NCBI GenBank assembly: GCA_003251275.1
Contig: QKGJ01000134.1
Span: forward strand, 1 to 38,163
DNA length: 38,163 nt
Reading direction: 5' to 3'
Source of the DNA: Ignavibacteria bacterium
Lineage (GTDB): Bacteria; Bacteroidota; Ignavibacteria; UBA10030; UBA6906
Part shown: positions 1 through 8,709 of the stretch, one piece after another
Layout of the letters: each line of letters opens with the position of its first letter
How positions within the stretch are numbered: the first letter of the stretch is position 1
Program-made: the position numbers and the translations under genes
The notes under the pieces: model-generated
The model's database searches: none
Told to the model about the DNA's origin: nothing
Seen by the model: the letters and a program-made list of their open reading frames with translations, nothing else

Positions 1-99
1 TATGGTGATCACAAGGCCGGCGTAACCAATAATCATGCGCCTTCGAACTTCATCAGCACCGATATTACACTTGCCTGCAATGTATTGAGTATGTCCCAC
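1..99 (-). CDS. Partial (5' end only) hypothetical membrane protein, not in ORF track
   Basis: Minus-strand frame from GTG at 99 (or TTG at 111) is open to the window edge: VGHTQYIAGKCNIGADEVRRRMIIGYAGLVITI, a CNIG-x2-E-x-RRR segment followed by a hydrophobic helix. Confidence 0.6.
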   Translation of the reverse strand, partial: MGHTQYIAGKCNIGADEVRRRMIIGYAGLVITI

Positions 100-243
100 G
101 TTCGCTTTCAAAAATAGCCTGGTAAAGATACAGATTTCCCACCCTTAGAAGCATCCTCCGACCTAGTTGTCTTGCTTTTTTGCTACCTTGTCATGCACGA
201 TTCTCACTTCAGCCAACCAATCAAATTCATTGCGAGTTTGCAC

Positions 244-993
244 ATGGAATGGATCATTGATCCACAAACCTGGGTCGCCCTCATCACCCTCACAGTCCTA
301 GAAATCGTCCTCGGCATAGACAATATCGTTTTCATTTCTATCCTCGCCGGAAAACTTCCCGCAAACCAACAGGCAAGGGCGCGCCGACTTGGTCTATCGC
401 TCGCAATGTTTACCCGAATCGGCCTGTTGTTTTCTTTGACCCTGATCATGCAACTCACCCAACCTCTCTTTACTCTTCTTGGACAGGACGTATCAGGACG
501 AGACCTCATACTTCTTGCGGGGGGACTTTTTCTCCTCGCCAAAAGTACGCATGAAATCCACAACAAGCTCGAAGGAGACGAGGAGGGGCAGAAAGCGAAG
601 GCGATCGTATCCTTTCGCGGAGTCATCATTCAAATCCTTGTCTTGGATATCGTCTTCTCACTCGATTCAGTCATTACCGCAATCGGGATGGTGAATCAGC
701 TTGCAATCATGGTCATCGCAGTCGTCGTTGCGGTGGGTGTGATGCTAATATTTGCCAGGGCGGTCGGTGATTTCGTCGAGCGTCATCCAACGGTGAAGAT
801 GCTTGCGTTGTCCTTTCTCCTGCTGATCGGCGTGTCGCTCATTGCAGAGGGCTTTGGCCAGCATATCCCGAAGGGTTATATTTATTTTGCGATGGCGTTC
901 TCCGTTTTTGTGGAAATGTTGAATCTCAGAATGATACGGAAAGCAGGATCGCCGGTGCGTCTCCGTTCACAGTTTACAGACGCGAAAGGTTGA
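244..993 (+). CDS. TerC family integral membrane protein
   Basis: LEIVLGIDN and DIVFSLDSVITAIG TerC motifs, multiple TM helices. ATG at 244 (MEWI) preferred over the TTG at 172. Confidence 0.93.
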   Translation: MEWIIDPQTWVALITLTVLEIVLGIDNIVFISILAGKLPANQQARARRLGLSLAMFTRIGLLFSLTLIMQLTQPLFTLLGQDVSGRDLILLAGGLFLLAKSTHEIHNKLEGDEEGQKAKAIVSFRGVIIQILVLDIVFSLDSVITAIGMVNQLAIMVIAVVVAVGVMLIFARAVGDFVERHPTVKMLALSFLLLIGVSLIAEGFGQHIPKGYIYFAMAFSVFVEMLNLRMIRKAGSPVRLRSQFTDAKG

Positions 994-1086
994 TGCATGG
1001 TACTGCACCGAGCTGCACAGCCGGGGCGTTTGTTCTCTTGACTTTCAAAAGTCTTTTTGGTTTCCTAAGGCAAAAGAGGAAGTGCA

Positions 1087-2184
1087 ATGCGAAAGAATGA
1101 TGCGCCGGTCTACTACGGCGACTATCTGAAGCTCGACCAGCTGCTTTCCAGTCAACTCCCGAAGAGCGACGAACATGGCGCTCATGCCCACGATGAAATG
1201 CTTTTCATTATTGTGCACCAGGTGTATGAACTCTGGTTCAAACAGATTCTGCACGAAATGCAGTCGGTTGTGGAGGTGTTTGGAAAGAAATATGTCGACG
1301 AGAAGGATGTTGGTGTGGCGGTGTTGCGCCTGACCAGGGTAACCGAGATTCAGAAACTCCTCGTGGATCAATTGCGCGTCATGGAGACGATGACGCCGCT
1401 TGATTTTTTGGAATTCAGGGATTTCCTGTTTCCGGCGTCGGGATTTCAGAGTGTTCAGTTTCGTCTGATCGAGAACATCATGGGGATGAAGCCTGAGCAG
1501 CGCCTCTTGTATAATAAGCAGGCGTATTATCAAAACGTGACTCCGGACCACCAGGAAATCATCAAGTCTTCCGAGAAGCAGGCCTCCCTCTTCCAGGTGA
1601 TGGAGCGTTGGCTGGAACGAACACCTTTTCTGGATTTCGGTGGATTCAACTTCTGGGAACATTATCGCTCAGCCGTGAACAAGATGCTCAAGAGCGATCG
1701 CGATATCATCACGGGGAATCCTCTCACGAGCAAAGAGGAGAAGAAGAAGCAACTGCTGGAGCTTGCGGCCAATGAAGAAAGCTTCGCGGCCGTTATTGAC
1801 AAAACGAAACATAACGATGTTGTCTCGAAGGGGAAGCGACAATTGTCGCACAAGGCCCTGCAAGCCGCATTGTTGATCCAGCTGTACCGCGATGAACCGA
1901 TTCTGCATCTCCCATTTCGTCTTCTCACTGCTCTCATGGATGTCGACGAAATGTTCACCATGTGGCGGTACCGACATGCCCAGATGGTTCATCGAATGAT
2001 CGGGACCAAGATAGGAACCGGCGGATCGACAGGATACAATTATCTGAAAGCAACAGTGGAAAAGTACAGGGTCTTCGGGGATCTCTTCAACCTGTCGACG
2101 TTTCTCATCCCACGATCAACACTTCCTGATCTTCCCGCGGAAGTACGGAAGAGTCTCGGGTTTGCTTACGCACAACAACGCTGA
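1087..2184 (+). CDS. kynA: Tryptophan 2,3-dioxygenase (long, 365 aa form)
   Basis: YGDYLKLDQLL, HDEMLFIIVHQVYELWFK, PASGFQS, WRYRH..MV.RMIG.K.GTGGS..Y.YL motifs. Confidence 0.96.
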   Translation: MRKNDAPVYYGDYLKLDQLLSSQLPKSDEHGAHAHDEMLFIIVHQVYELWFKQILHEMQSVVEVFGKKYVDEKDVGVAVLRLTRVTEIQKLLVDQLRVMETMTPLDFLEFRDFLFPASGFQSVQFRLIENIMGMKPEQRLLYNKQAYYQNVTPDHQEIIKSSEKQASLFQVMERWLERTPFLDFGGFNFWEHYRSAVNKMLKSDRDIITGNPLTSKEEKKKQLLELAANEESFAAVIDKTKHNDVVSKGKRQLSHKALQAALLIQLYRDEPILHLPFRLLTALMDVDEMFTMWRYRHAQMVHRMIGTKIGTGGSTGYNYLKATVEKYRVFGDLFNLSTFLIPRSTLPDLPAEVRKSLGFAYAQQR

Positions 2185-2217
2185 TTTGACCAAACAACCT
2201 CAAAGAGAACGCTGCCG

Positions 2218-3006
2218 ATGGAGCTGAACATCTCAGGGAAGAAAGCCGTGGTGTGCGGCTCCACGCGGGGTATCGGGTACGCTGTCGCCATGGAACTCGC
2301 GTCAATGGGGGCAAGCATCACTCTCATTGCCAGAAACTCCGAAGCGCTCACGCAAGCCCTCCGTGACCTCCCCGCAGCGAACAATCAAACCCATGATTTC
2401 CTCGTCGCAGATTTTTCAAAGCCTGAGACACTTCGCGCGGTGCTCAACACCTATGCTGCGAAAGCGCCCATAGTTCATATTTTGGTGAATAATTCAGGAG
2501 GACCAAAAGGAGGTCCCATCGCAGAGGCACAAACGGAAGAATTTGTCGGAACATTCGCGCAGCACCTTCTTTGCAATCACATACTTGTGCAGTCATTTGT
2601 TGCCGGAATGAAAAAGGCAGGGTACGGACGAATCATTAACATCATCTCAAGTTCGGTCAAGCAGCCGATCCCCAATTTGGGGGTCTCGAACACAATTCGG
2701 GGAGCGGTTGCATCGTGGGCGAAAACGCTTGCCGGCGAACTTGGCAAGTTCAATATTACTGTTAATAATGTCCTTCCCGGAACAATCAAGACGGGCAGAC
2801 TCGATTCGTTGATCAAAGCGCGAGCGGAGAAACTGAACGTGGATGGGGACACAGTCGCGGCTGAGATGATCGCCGAGATTCCGGCAAGACGATTCGCAGA
2901 ACCCAGTGAAGTGGCTGCGGCAGTTGCGTTCCTTGCGTCTCCGGCCGCCTCCTATGTGAACGGAATTAATCTCCCGGTTGACGGGGGTCGTTTGAGCTGC
3001 CTTTAG
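2218..3006 (+). CDS. Short-chain dehydrogenase/reductase, atypical active site (SxxxR)
   Basis: CGSTRGIG Rossmann motif, LVNNSGG, NNVLPG, VDGG C-terminus; SNTIR where YxxxK is expected. Confidence 0.9.
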   Translation: MELNISGKKAVVCGSTRGIGYAVAMELASMGASITLIARNSEALTQALRDLPAANNQTHDFLVADFSKPETLRAVLNTYAAKAPIVHILVNNSGGPKGGPIAEAQTEEFVGTFAQHLLCNHILVQSFVAGMKKAGYGRIINIISSSVKQPIPNLGVSNTIRGAVASWAKTLAGELGKFNITVNNVLPGTIKTGRLDSLIKARAEKLNVDGDTVAAEMIAEIPARRFAEPSEVAAAVAFLASPAASYVNGINLPVDGGRLSCL

Positions 3007-3010
3007 ATAA

Positions 3011-4453
3011 ATGGAACAACTCAAAAACTATATTGGCGGCAAGCTCATTCCGTCCGCGGACGGCGCTACATTGGAAAACTTCAATCCCGCGACAGGCGAT
3101 GCGTATTCTTCCCTGCCTGACTCAGATGAGATTGATGTTGCTCGCGCTGTTGACGCAGCCAAGAATGCTTTCCCGGCGTGGTCAACCACTCCAACCGAGG
3201 AACGGTCTCGTCTTCTCTTTCGCATAAGTCAACTGATTGAGCGAGATACTGAGCAGTTTGCTCTTGCTGAATCCACCGATCAGGGAAAACCGCTTGCGTT
3301 AGCACACAGTGTCGACATACCTCGTGCCGTTTCTAACTTTCGTTTCTTTGCCTCTTCCTTAATGCACTTTGCAAGCGAAGCTCATCCTATGGAGCAGGCG
3401 GCCATCAACTATACACTTCGCTCTCCTCTCGGCGTTGCCGGATGTATTTCTCCCTGGAATCTTCCAATTTACCTTTTCACGTGGAAGATCGCGCCCGCCC
3501 TTGCCGCGGGGAACTGTGTTGTGGCCAAGCCTTCAGAGCTAACACCTATGACTGCGTTTATGCTCTCCTCGCTCTGTATCGAAGCGGGCCTCCCGCCGGG
3601 AGTGTTGAACATCGTGCATGGGTTGGGCACAAAGGTTGGACAGGCAATTGTCGCACATCGCGACGTTCCGGCAATTTCTTTTACCGGAGGAACGGCGACG
3701 GGCCGAACAATCGCACAAACAGCCGCCCCGATGTTCAAGAAACTATCCTTGGAAATGGGCGGAAAGAATCCGGCGATCATCTTCGCTGATTGCAACTATC
3801 CTGAGATGTTGAAAACAACTGTTCAATCCTCTTTTTCGAATCAGGGGGAGATATGTCTCTGTGGTTCGAGGATCTTTGTGGAGAGGTCTTTGTACAAGCA
3901 ATTCAAACAGGATTTCATCGATGCGGTGAAAAGCTTGAAAGTCGGTGATCCTCTTGAGTCCGGAACAAATCTTGGGGCCGTCGTGTCAGAAGCACACCGG
4001 GAGAAGATTATCTCATATATTGCGTTGGCCAGGGACGAAGGCGGGACAATTCTCTTCGGCGGAAAAAAGGTGAATCCCGGCGGCCGTTGCAGCAATGGAT
4101 GGTTTGTAGAACCGACCATCATTGAAGGACTCCCTCATACCTGTCGCACCAATCAGGAAGAAATCTTTGGGCCAGTGGTCACGCTTACCCCGTTTGATCG
4201 AGAGGATGAGGTATTGCAGGACGCCAACAGCACTCAGTACGGTCTCGCGGCAATTCTCTGGACCGACAATCTTACCCGTGCACATCGGATTGCGGCACGT
4301 ATTCACTCAGGCATTGTATGGGTCAATTGCTGGCTCCTCCGGGATTTACGTACGCCGTTTGGTGGCATGAAAAACTCCGGTCTTGGGCGAGAGGGGGGGC
4401 TAGAGGCGCTTCGTTTTTTCACGGAACCTAAGAACGTGTGCATCAAATTATGA
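3011..4453 (+). CDS. Aldehyde dehydrogenase, probable 2-aminomuconate 6-semialdehyde dehydrogenase (ALDH8-like)
   Basis: PWNLP, FTGG, LEMGGKN, GEICLCGSR, EEIFGPV, WVNCWLLRDLRTPFGG motifs; context next to TDO and RidA. Confidence 0.88.
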   Translation: MEQLKNYIGGKLIPSADGATLENFNPATGDAYSSLPDSDEIDVARAVDAAKNAFPAWSTTPTEERSRLLFRISQLIERDTEQFALAESTDQGKPLALAHSVDIPRAVSNFRFFASSLMHFASEAHPMEQAAINYTLRSPLGVAGCISPWNLPIYLFTWKIAPALAAGNCVVAKPSELTPMTAFMLSSLCIEAGLPPGVLNIVHGLGTKVGQAIVAHRDVPAISFTGGTATGRTIAQTAAPMFKKLSLEMGGKNPAIIFADCNYPEMLKTTVQSSFSNQGEICLCGSRIFVERSLYKQFKQDFIDAVKSLKVGDPLESGTNLGAVVSEAHREKIISYIALARDEGGTILFGGKKVNPGGRCSNGWFVEPTIIEGLPHTCRTNQEEIFGPVVTLTPFDREDEVLQDANSTQYGLAAILWTDNLTRAHRIAARIHSGIVWVNCWLLRDLRTPFGGMKNSGLGREGGLEALRFFTEPKNVCIKL

Positions 4454-4866
4454 GTTCCGACAGCATCATATCGAATGCCGCTCCTGAGCCCGTTGGTCCG
4501 TATCCGCATGCACGTAAAGTCGGGAACCTGCTCTTCTTATCTGGCGTGGGACCGCGAGTGCGAGGCACGATCCGAATTCCCGGCGTCGAGGTCGACGGTC
4601 ATGGAAATATTCTTTCGTACGACATTGAAACTCAAAGTAGGTCAGTGTTCAAGAACGTTCGACTCATCCTCGAGGAGGCCGGATCAGATTGGGAAAATCT
4701 CGTCGACGTTACGGTCTTTCTTACCAACATGAAGAATGACTTCCACATATTCAATCGGGTCTATGCTGAGTACTTTCGGAAGAATAGACCCTGTAGAACT
4801 ACGGTCGAGGTCACCGCCCTTCCCACGCCGATTGCGATCGAATTGAAATGCATCGCAACGATCTGA
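4450..4866 (+). CDS. RidA/YjgF family protein, probable 2-aminomuconate deaminase
   Basis: PVGPYPHAR, LFLSG, FNRVY..YF...PCRTTVEV..LPTPIAIE; ATGA overlap with the ALDH stop at 4450-4453. Confidence 0.88.
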   Translation: MSSDSIISNAAPEPVGPYPHARKVGNLLFLSGVGPRVRGTIRIPGVEVDGHGNILSYDIETQSRSVFKNVRLILEEAGSDWENLVDVTVFLTNMKNDFHIFNRVYAEYFRKNRPCRTTVEVTALPTPIAIELKCIATI

Positions 4867-4959
4867 TGGTTGGACTCACCGCAAAAGTTTAGTATATTCC
4901 TTGCGAGAGGAGCGTATCGTGTCGTTAGACGACCGAACTTTCAATAATTCTGGAATCGA

Positions 4960-5634
4960 ATGATCCTACGCCTGTCCATTCTTATTTTCGCATTCACTCT
5001 TGTACTATCCATACCATCCCGTTCTCAACCCAGTCCGACACACAACACAACACCGCCTTCGTCCTTCAACCCACAATCTACCGATTCATCCGGGGCTCGG
5101 CGTGCGACGATTACGATCCTTGGCGGGATTTCCTCCCCTCTATCCAAGGCAGGATTGACAGAGTTCTGGGGAGCGGGCCCGACTGGAGCCGCGCAGGTGT
5201 TGGTTCACGTGAGCAGATCGGTTTCTGTTGGAATGGGGCTTGACGTAGCAAGCTATGTCTTTAAGCCCAGCGATTTTAGCACAAAATTTCCGACAATTCC
5301 TGTCCGGGAAAAAAATATTCTTGGGATAAGTGTCCTGTTGACTGCCAAATTTGTCCCCGTCCCTCAGGCAAGGCTGACACCCTTCTTTCTCGGCCAGCTT
5401 GGCGCCGCCCAGGTAACTCCCACGGAGTACCGCGAGGTGGTGGATAGTGTGCGTGTTACCTATTACAACATCCCGAGACGATTTCGGCTTGCGTCGAATG
5501 TCGCGGCCGGTTTCGACCTGTATATCGTGCGTGGATTCTGGATCGAGCTGGAGGGAAAACTGTCTTATGTCCACAACGATCCGTCGCGCGGAACCACATT
5601 TTTCCTCCGTGGAGGAGTTGTTGTGCGTTTGTAA
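4960..5634 (+). CDS. Putative outer-membrane beta-barrel protein (OmpA/OmpW-like size)
   Basis: N-terminal signal peptide, low-complexity P/S/T linker, alternating hydrophobic beta-strand pattern, terminal strand [11 protein letters not shown]. Confidence 0.65.
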   Translation: MILRLSILIFAFTLVLSIPSRSQPSPTHNTTPPSSFNPQSTDSSGARRATITILGGISSPLSKAGLTEFWGAGPTGAAQVLVHVSRSVSVGMGLDVASYVFKPSDFSTKFPTIPVREKNILGISVLLTAKFVPVPQARLTPFFLGQLGAAQVTPTEYREVVDSVRVTYYNIPRRFRLASNVAAGFDLYIVRGFWIELEGKLSYVHNDPSRGTTFFLRGGVVVRL

Positions 5635-5644
5635 CACACATGAA

Positions 5645-6232
5645 ATGACACAAGAGCAAATTCTGACGATATTTAACGAGACAGGGGCGCTGCTGCAAGG
5701 TCATTTCCAGTTGACCTCGGGTTTGCACAGTCCGCAATATTTTCAATGCGCTAAAGTACTCCAGCACCCTCGGCATACCACACAATTGTGTGCTCATGTT
5801 GCTCAGCACTTCTCTGGGGCAAAGGTGGATGTCGTCATCGCGCCGGCAATCGGTGGAATCGTTGTGGGCCAGGAAGTCGGCCGCGTGTTGAACGCGAGAA
5901 CAGTGTTCGCCGAACGCAAGGATGGCGTTCTGCAACTTCGTCGTGGTTTCGAACTGAAACCGGGTGAGCGTGTCCTCGTCTGCGAAGACGTCGTCACAAC
6001 CGGTGGGTCAGTGTTTGAAGTGATTGATATTGTCAGGGCTTGTGGTTCTACACTTGCAGGTGTCGGGTTTGTCGTGGACCGGAGTGGCGGTAGCGTCCGC
6101 TTTCCGGTAGAGAAACGGGATGACCAATTTGCCCTGCTCCAGATGTCCGTTCAAACGCATGAACCGGAAACATGCCCGCTGTGTCGTAATGGATTGCCAC
6201 TTGTGAAGCCCGGCAGTCGCGGAAACAAATAG
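5645..6232 (+). CDS. pyrE: Orotate phosphoribosyltransferase
   Basis: [25 protein letters not shown] loop [19 protein letters not shown]-terminus. Start taken as ATG 5645 (MTQEQ). Confidence 0.94.
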   Translation: MTQEQILTIFNETGALLQGHFQLTSGLHSPQYFQCAKVLQHPRHTTQLCAHVAQHFSGAKVDVVIAPAIGGIVVGQEVGRVLNARTVFAERKDGVLQLRRGFELKPGERVLVCEDVVTTGGSVFEVIDIVRACGSTLAGVGFVVDRSGGSVRFPVEKRDDQFALLQMSVQTHEPETCPLCRNGLPLVKPGSRGNK

Positions 6233-6250
6233 GGAAGGAGGAAAAGAACC

Positions 6251-7333
6251 ATGGAGTGGTTAAGAGAATTCACCGGAACGCCGCAAACGTATCATCTGCT
6301 CGTTGCCTTCCTCATCGCGTGTGTGTTTTATTTTCTTTCGCACGCAGTGAAGGCTGTGATTCGCTTTGTCGGAAAGCGGATCTCGCAGCGGACGAAAACG
6401 GAGTTGGATGATAAGATCCTGGAAGTCGTCCTCGGCTCGGTTAAGGCGCTCATGTCTGTCATAGGATTACAAATTGCGGTTCGAGAAATACGAAAGGGCT
6501 TGACCGGCGCTGACGTCACTGCCGATCAGGTACTCGATTACGCGGGATCAATATTGTACGTTATTCTCGTGTATCTTGTCATCCGCGTTGTCATCGGCGT
6601 CGTCCGGGCAAGTATAGAGTGGTACCTCGATGATATTGCCAAAGATCCGAACGATACACTCAAGCTTACTCTTCGACCAATCACGAAGTCCGTAGTAACC
6701 TTGGTCGCTATGATCGTCGGTCTCGTGATCGTGTTGGATCACTTTGGCGTGAACATCGGCAGCCTGCTCTTGTCCCTCGGTGTCGGATCTCTTGCCGTTG
6801 CCCTGGCGGCTCAGGATACGCTCGCGAATATGATTGCTGGTTTTGTTATTCTAGTGGATAGACCTTTTCGTGTTGGTGACCGGGTCGTTCTTGAGTCGGG
6901 AGATACGGGAGATGTATATGAAATTGGTCTACGATCAACGAAAGTACTGAACTTTGACCAAAACCTCGTGCTTGTCCCGAACGCAACTCTCATCAAAGGT
7001 CGTATTATCAATCTCGCCTACCCTCATAATCAAATGCGCGCGAAGGTTGTTGTCGGTGTGGCATATGGATCAGACCCGGCGAAGGTGCGAAATATTCTCA
7101 TAGGGTTGGCAGATAAGCACCCTGACATCCTCAAAGACCCGGCCCCGGAAGTACACTTTACGGCTATGGCTGACTCTGCGATTGAATTTACTCTTGTCGC
7201 ACGGGCTGCTGACTTCACCAAGCGATATTCAGCAGAAAATCTGGTGCGAGAGCAAGCATACCTTGCCTTTGAAAAAGAAGGCATCGAGATTCCGTTCCCA
7301 CAGCGAGTGGTTCATATGAAGTCTTCTTCGTAA
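6251..7333 (+). CDS. Small-conductance mechanosensitive channel (MscS family)
   Basis: TM helices then ALAAQDTLANMIAG..ILVDRPFRVGD, IGLRST, VPN, GVAYGSD, GIEIPFPQR. Confidence 0.93.
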   Translation: MEWLREFTGTPQTYHLLVAFLIACVFYFLSHAVKAVIRFVGKRISQRTKTELDDKILEVVLGSVKALMSVIGLQIAVREIRKGLTGADVTADQVLDYAGSILYVILVYLVIRVVIGVVRASIEWYLDDIAKDPNDTLKLTLRPITKSVVTLVAMIVGLVIVLDHFGVNIGSLLLSLGVGSLAVALAAQDTLANMIAGFVILVDRPFRVGDRVVLESGDTGDVYEIGLRSTKVLNFDQNLVLVPNATLIKGRIINLAYPHNQMRAKVVVGVAYGSDPAKVRNILIGLADKHPDILKDPAPEVHFTAMADSAIEFTLVARAADFTKRYSAENLVREQAYLAFEKEGIEIPFPQRVVHMKSSS

Positions 7334-7334
7334 G

Positions 7335-7889
7335 ATGGAGTTGAAGCGAATTTCTCGGGCGATGCCGTATCGGGGTAAGGTCTTTGATTTGATCGTCGAT
7401 GAAGTTGAATACCCCTCGGGAGCCACCGGCATCCGGGAGATAGCGCATCATCCGGGGGGAGCAGCCGTTGTCCCGATCACCGATGGAAATGATGTGGTTC
7501 TGATCGAGCAACTCCGGTATCCGTTTGCGAATCGTCTTCTTGAACTCCCTGCTGGGAAGCTCGCGCCGGGAGAGGATCCTGCCGTCGCCGGAGCGAGAGA
7601 GCTTCAGGAGGAGACTGGTCTTGTTGCTGCGCGACTTGAAAAACTCCTCTCGATTTACACAACTCCTGGTTTTTGCGATGAAGTAATTCATCTCTTCCTT
7701 GCGACAGGCCTTTCGATCTCATCACGGGGCACCGCACGTGAGGAGGGAGAAAGTTCAATGACTGTCCACCGATTTCCCCTTGAAAAAGCGCTGGCTATGA
7801 TCGGGACGGGGGAAATAAGAGATGCAAAGACTATTATCGGGCTTACCGCCGCACAACAACAGCTTCATCAATCGCGGAGCTCATCATGA
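7335..7889 (+). CDS. NUDIX hydrolase, ADP-ribose pyrophosphatase-like
   Basis: Nudix box ELPAGKLAPGEDPAVAGARELQEETG; HPGG, QLRYP, TPGFCDE, DAKT. Confidence 0.92.
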   Translation: MELKRISRAMPYRGKVFDLIVDEVEYPSGATGIREIAHHPGGAAVVPITDGNDVVLIEQLRYPFANRLLELPAGKLAPGEDPAVAGARELQEETGLVAARLEKLLSIYTTPGFCDEVIHLFLATGLSISSRGTAREEGESSMTVHRFPLEKALAMIGTGEIRDAKTIIGLTAAQQQLHQSRSSS

Positions 7890-8059
7890 CTTCTCCGCAT
7901 CATCAGCGCACGTACCGGCTGGATCTCAAGTCGTGCATCGTGGAATCGTGTGAAGGGGAGCTCGCGGAGATTTCCTACTATGAGCGAAATAATTGGGCAA
8001 CCTTTGAATTCGAATGCAACACTTGCAAACGACGATTTACCATGAAAGTCGAGTGCTAG
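7886..8059 (+). CDS. Uncalled 57-aa zinc-ribbon-like microprotein
   Basis: MTSPHHQRTYRLDLKSCIVESCEGELAEISYYERNNWATFEFECNTCKRRFTMKVEC. The ATG overlaps the NUDIX stop (ATGA) and the TAG overlaps the HAD GTG (TAGTG); fills the gap exactly. C-x4-C...C-x2-C. Confidence 0.75.
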   Translation: MTSPHHQRTYRLDLKSCIVESCEGELAEISYYERNNWATFEFECNTCKRRFTMKVEC

Positions 8060-8709
8060 TGGCATACGCGAACATCATCTTTGACTTTGACGGAACGATC
8101 ACGGACTCGAAGCGGGATATTGCCGAAGCGCAACTGTGGGTCCTTGCGCACCTTGGCGTGAATGGAATTTCGACGGAAGAGATTTTTCCTCACATTGGCA
8201 AACCGCTGGATGAAACGTTTCGCGTCCTCCTCCCTTCATCATTACACCATCGAATCGAAGAGGCTTCTGCTCTCTATTCCGAGTATTACCCAAGCAGAGC
8301 ATTGCGAACAACAACATTGTTCCCCGGGGTTCGGGAGACGCTTAAGACTCTTTACGAGAACGGAATCCGCCTGGCCATCGCGTCAACAAAGAAAGGGCAT
8401 GGCATTCAGCGGGGAACAGACCACTTCGGCATCACCTATCTTTTCGACCAGCTCCAGGGGTCGGATAACATCCCGTTCAAGCCCGATCCAACAATCATAG
8501 AATGTATTCTCCGGGATCAACACTGGGGACGTGAGGACACCCTGATGGTCGGAGACACCGACAAAGACATCCTGGCCGCACACAACGCCGGAATCGACGC
8601 ATGTTCTGTTACCTATGGTGCGTTTGCACGCCCGGCTCTTTCCGATCTTCGCCCGCGCTATCTCATTGATTCATTCCCTGACCTCTTGCCGATCGTGCTT
8701 TCGCAATGA
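8059..8709 (+). CDS. HAD-superfamily hydrolase (phosphoglycolate phosphatase/nucleotidase-like)
   Basis: Motif I FDFDGT, motif II IAST, KPDP, MVGDT..D; probable GTG start at 8059. Confidence 0.9.
   Translation: MAYANIIFDFDGTITDSKRDIAEAQLWVLAHLGVNGISTEEIFPHIGKPLDETFRVLLPSSLHHRIEEASALYSEYYPSRALRTTTLFPGVRETLKTLYENGIRLAIASTKKGHGIQRGTDHFGITYLFDQLQGSDNIPFKPDPTIIECILRDQHWGREDTLMVGDTDKDILAAHNAGIDACSVTYGAFARPALSDLRPRYLIDSFPDLLPIVLSQ

Noticed and set aside
112-243. yybP-ykoY riboswitch upstream of terC, and the TTG-172 N-terminal extension
   Set aside because: No GGGGAGUA-type core seen; the extension is not TerC-like.
1836-1849. Perfect palindrome GCGACAATTGTCGC resembling the repressor box
   Set aside because: Spacer is 2 nt, not 4, and it lies mid-CDS in kynA.
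5447-5644. 66-aa N-terminal extension of PyrE in the ORF track
   Set aside because: Overlaps the upstream barrel gene in another frame; PyrE similarity begins at ATG 5645.
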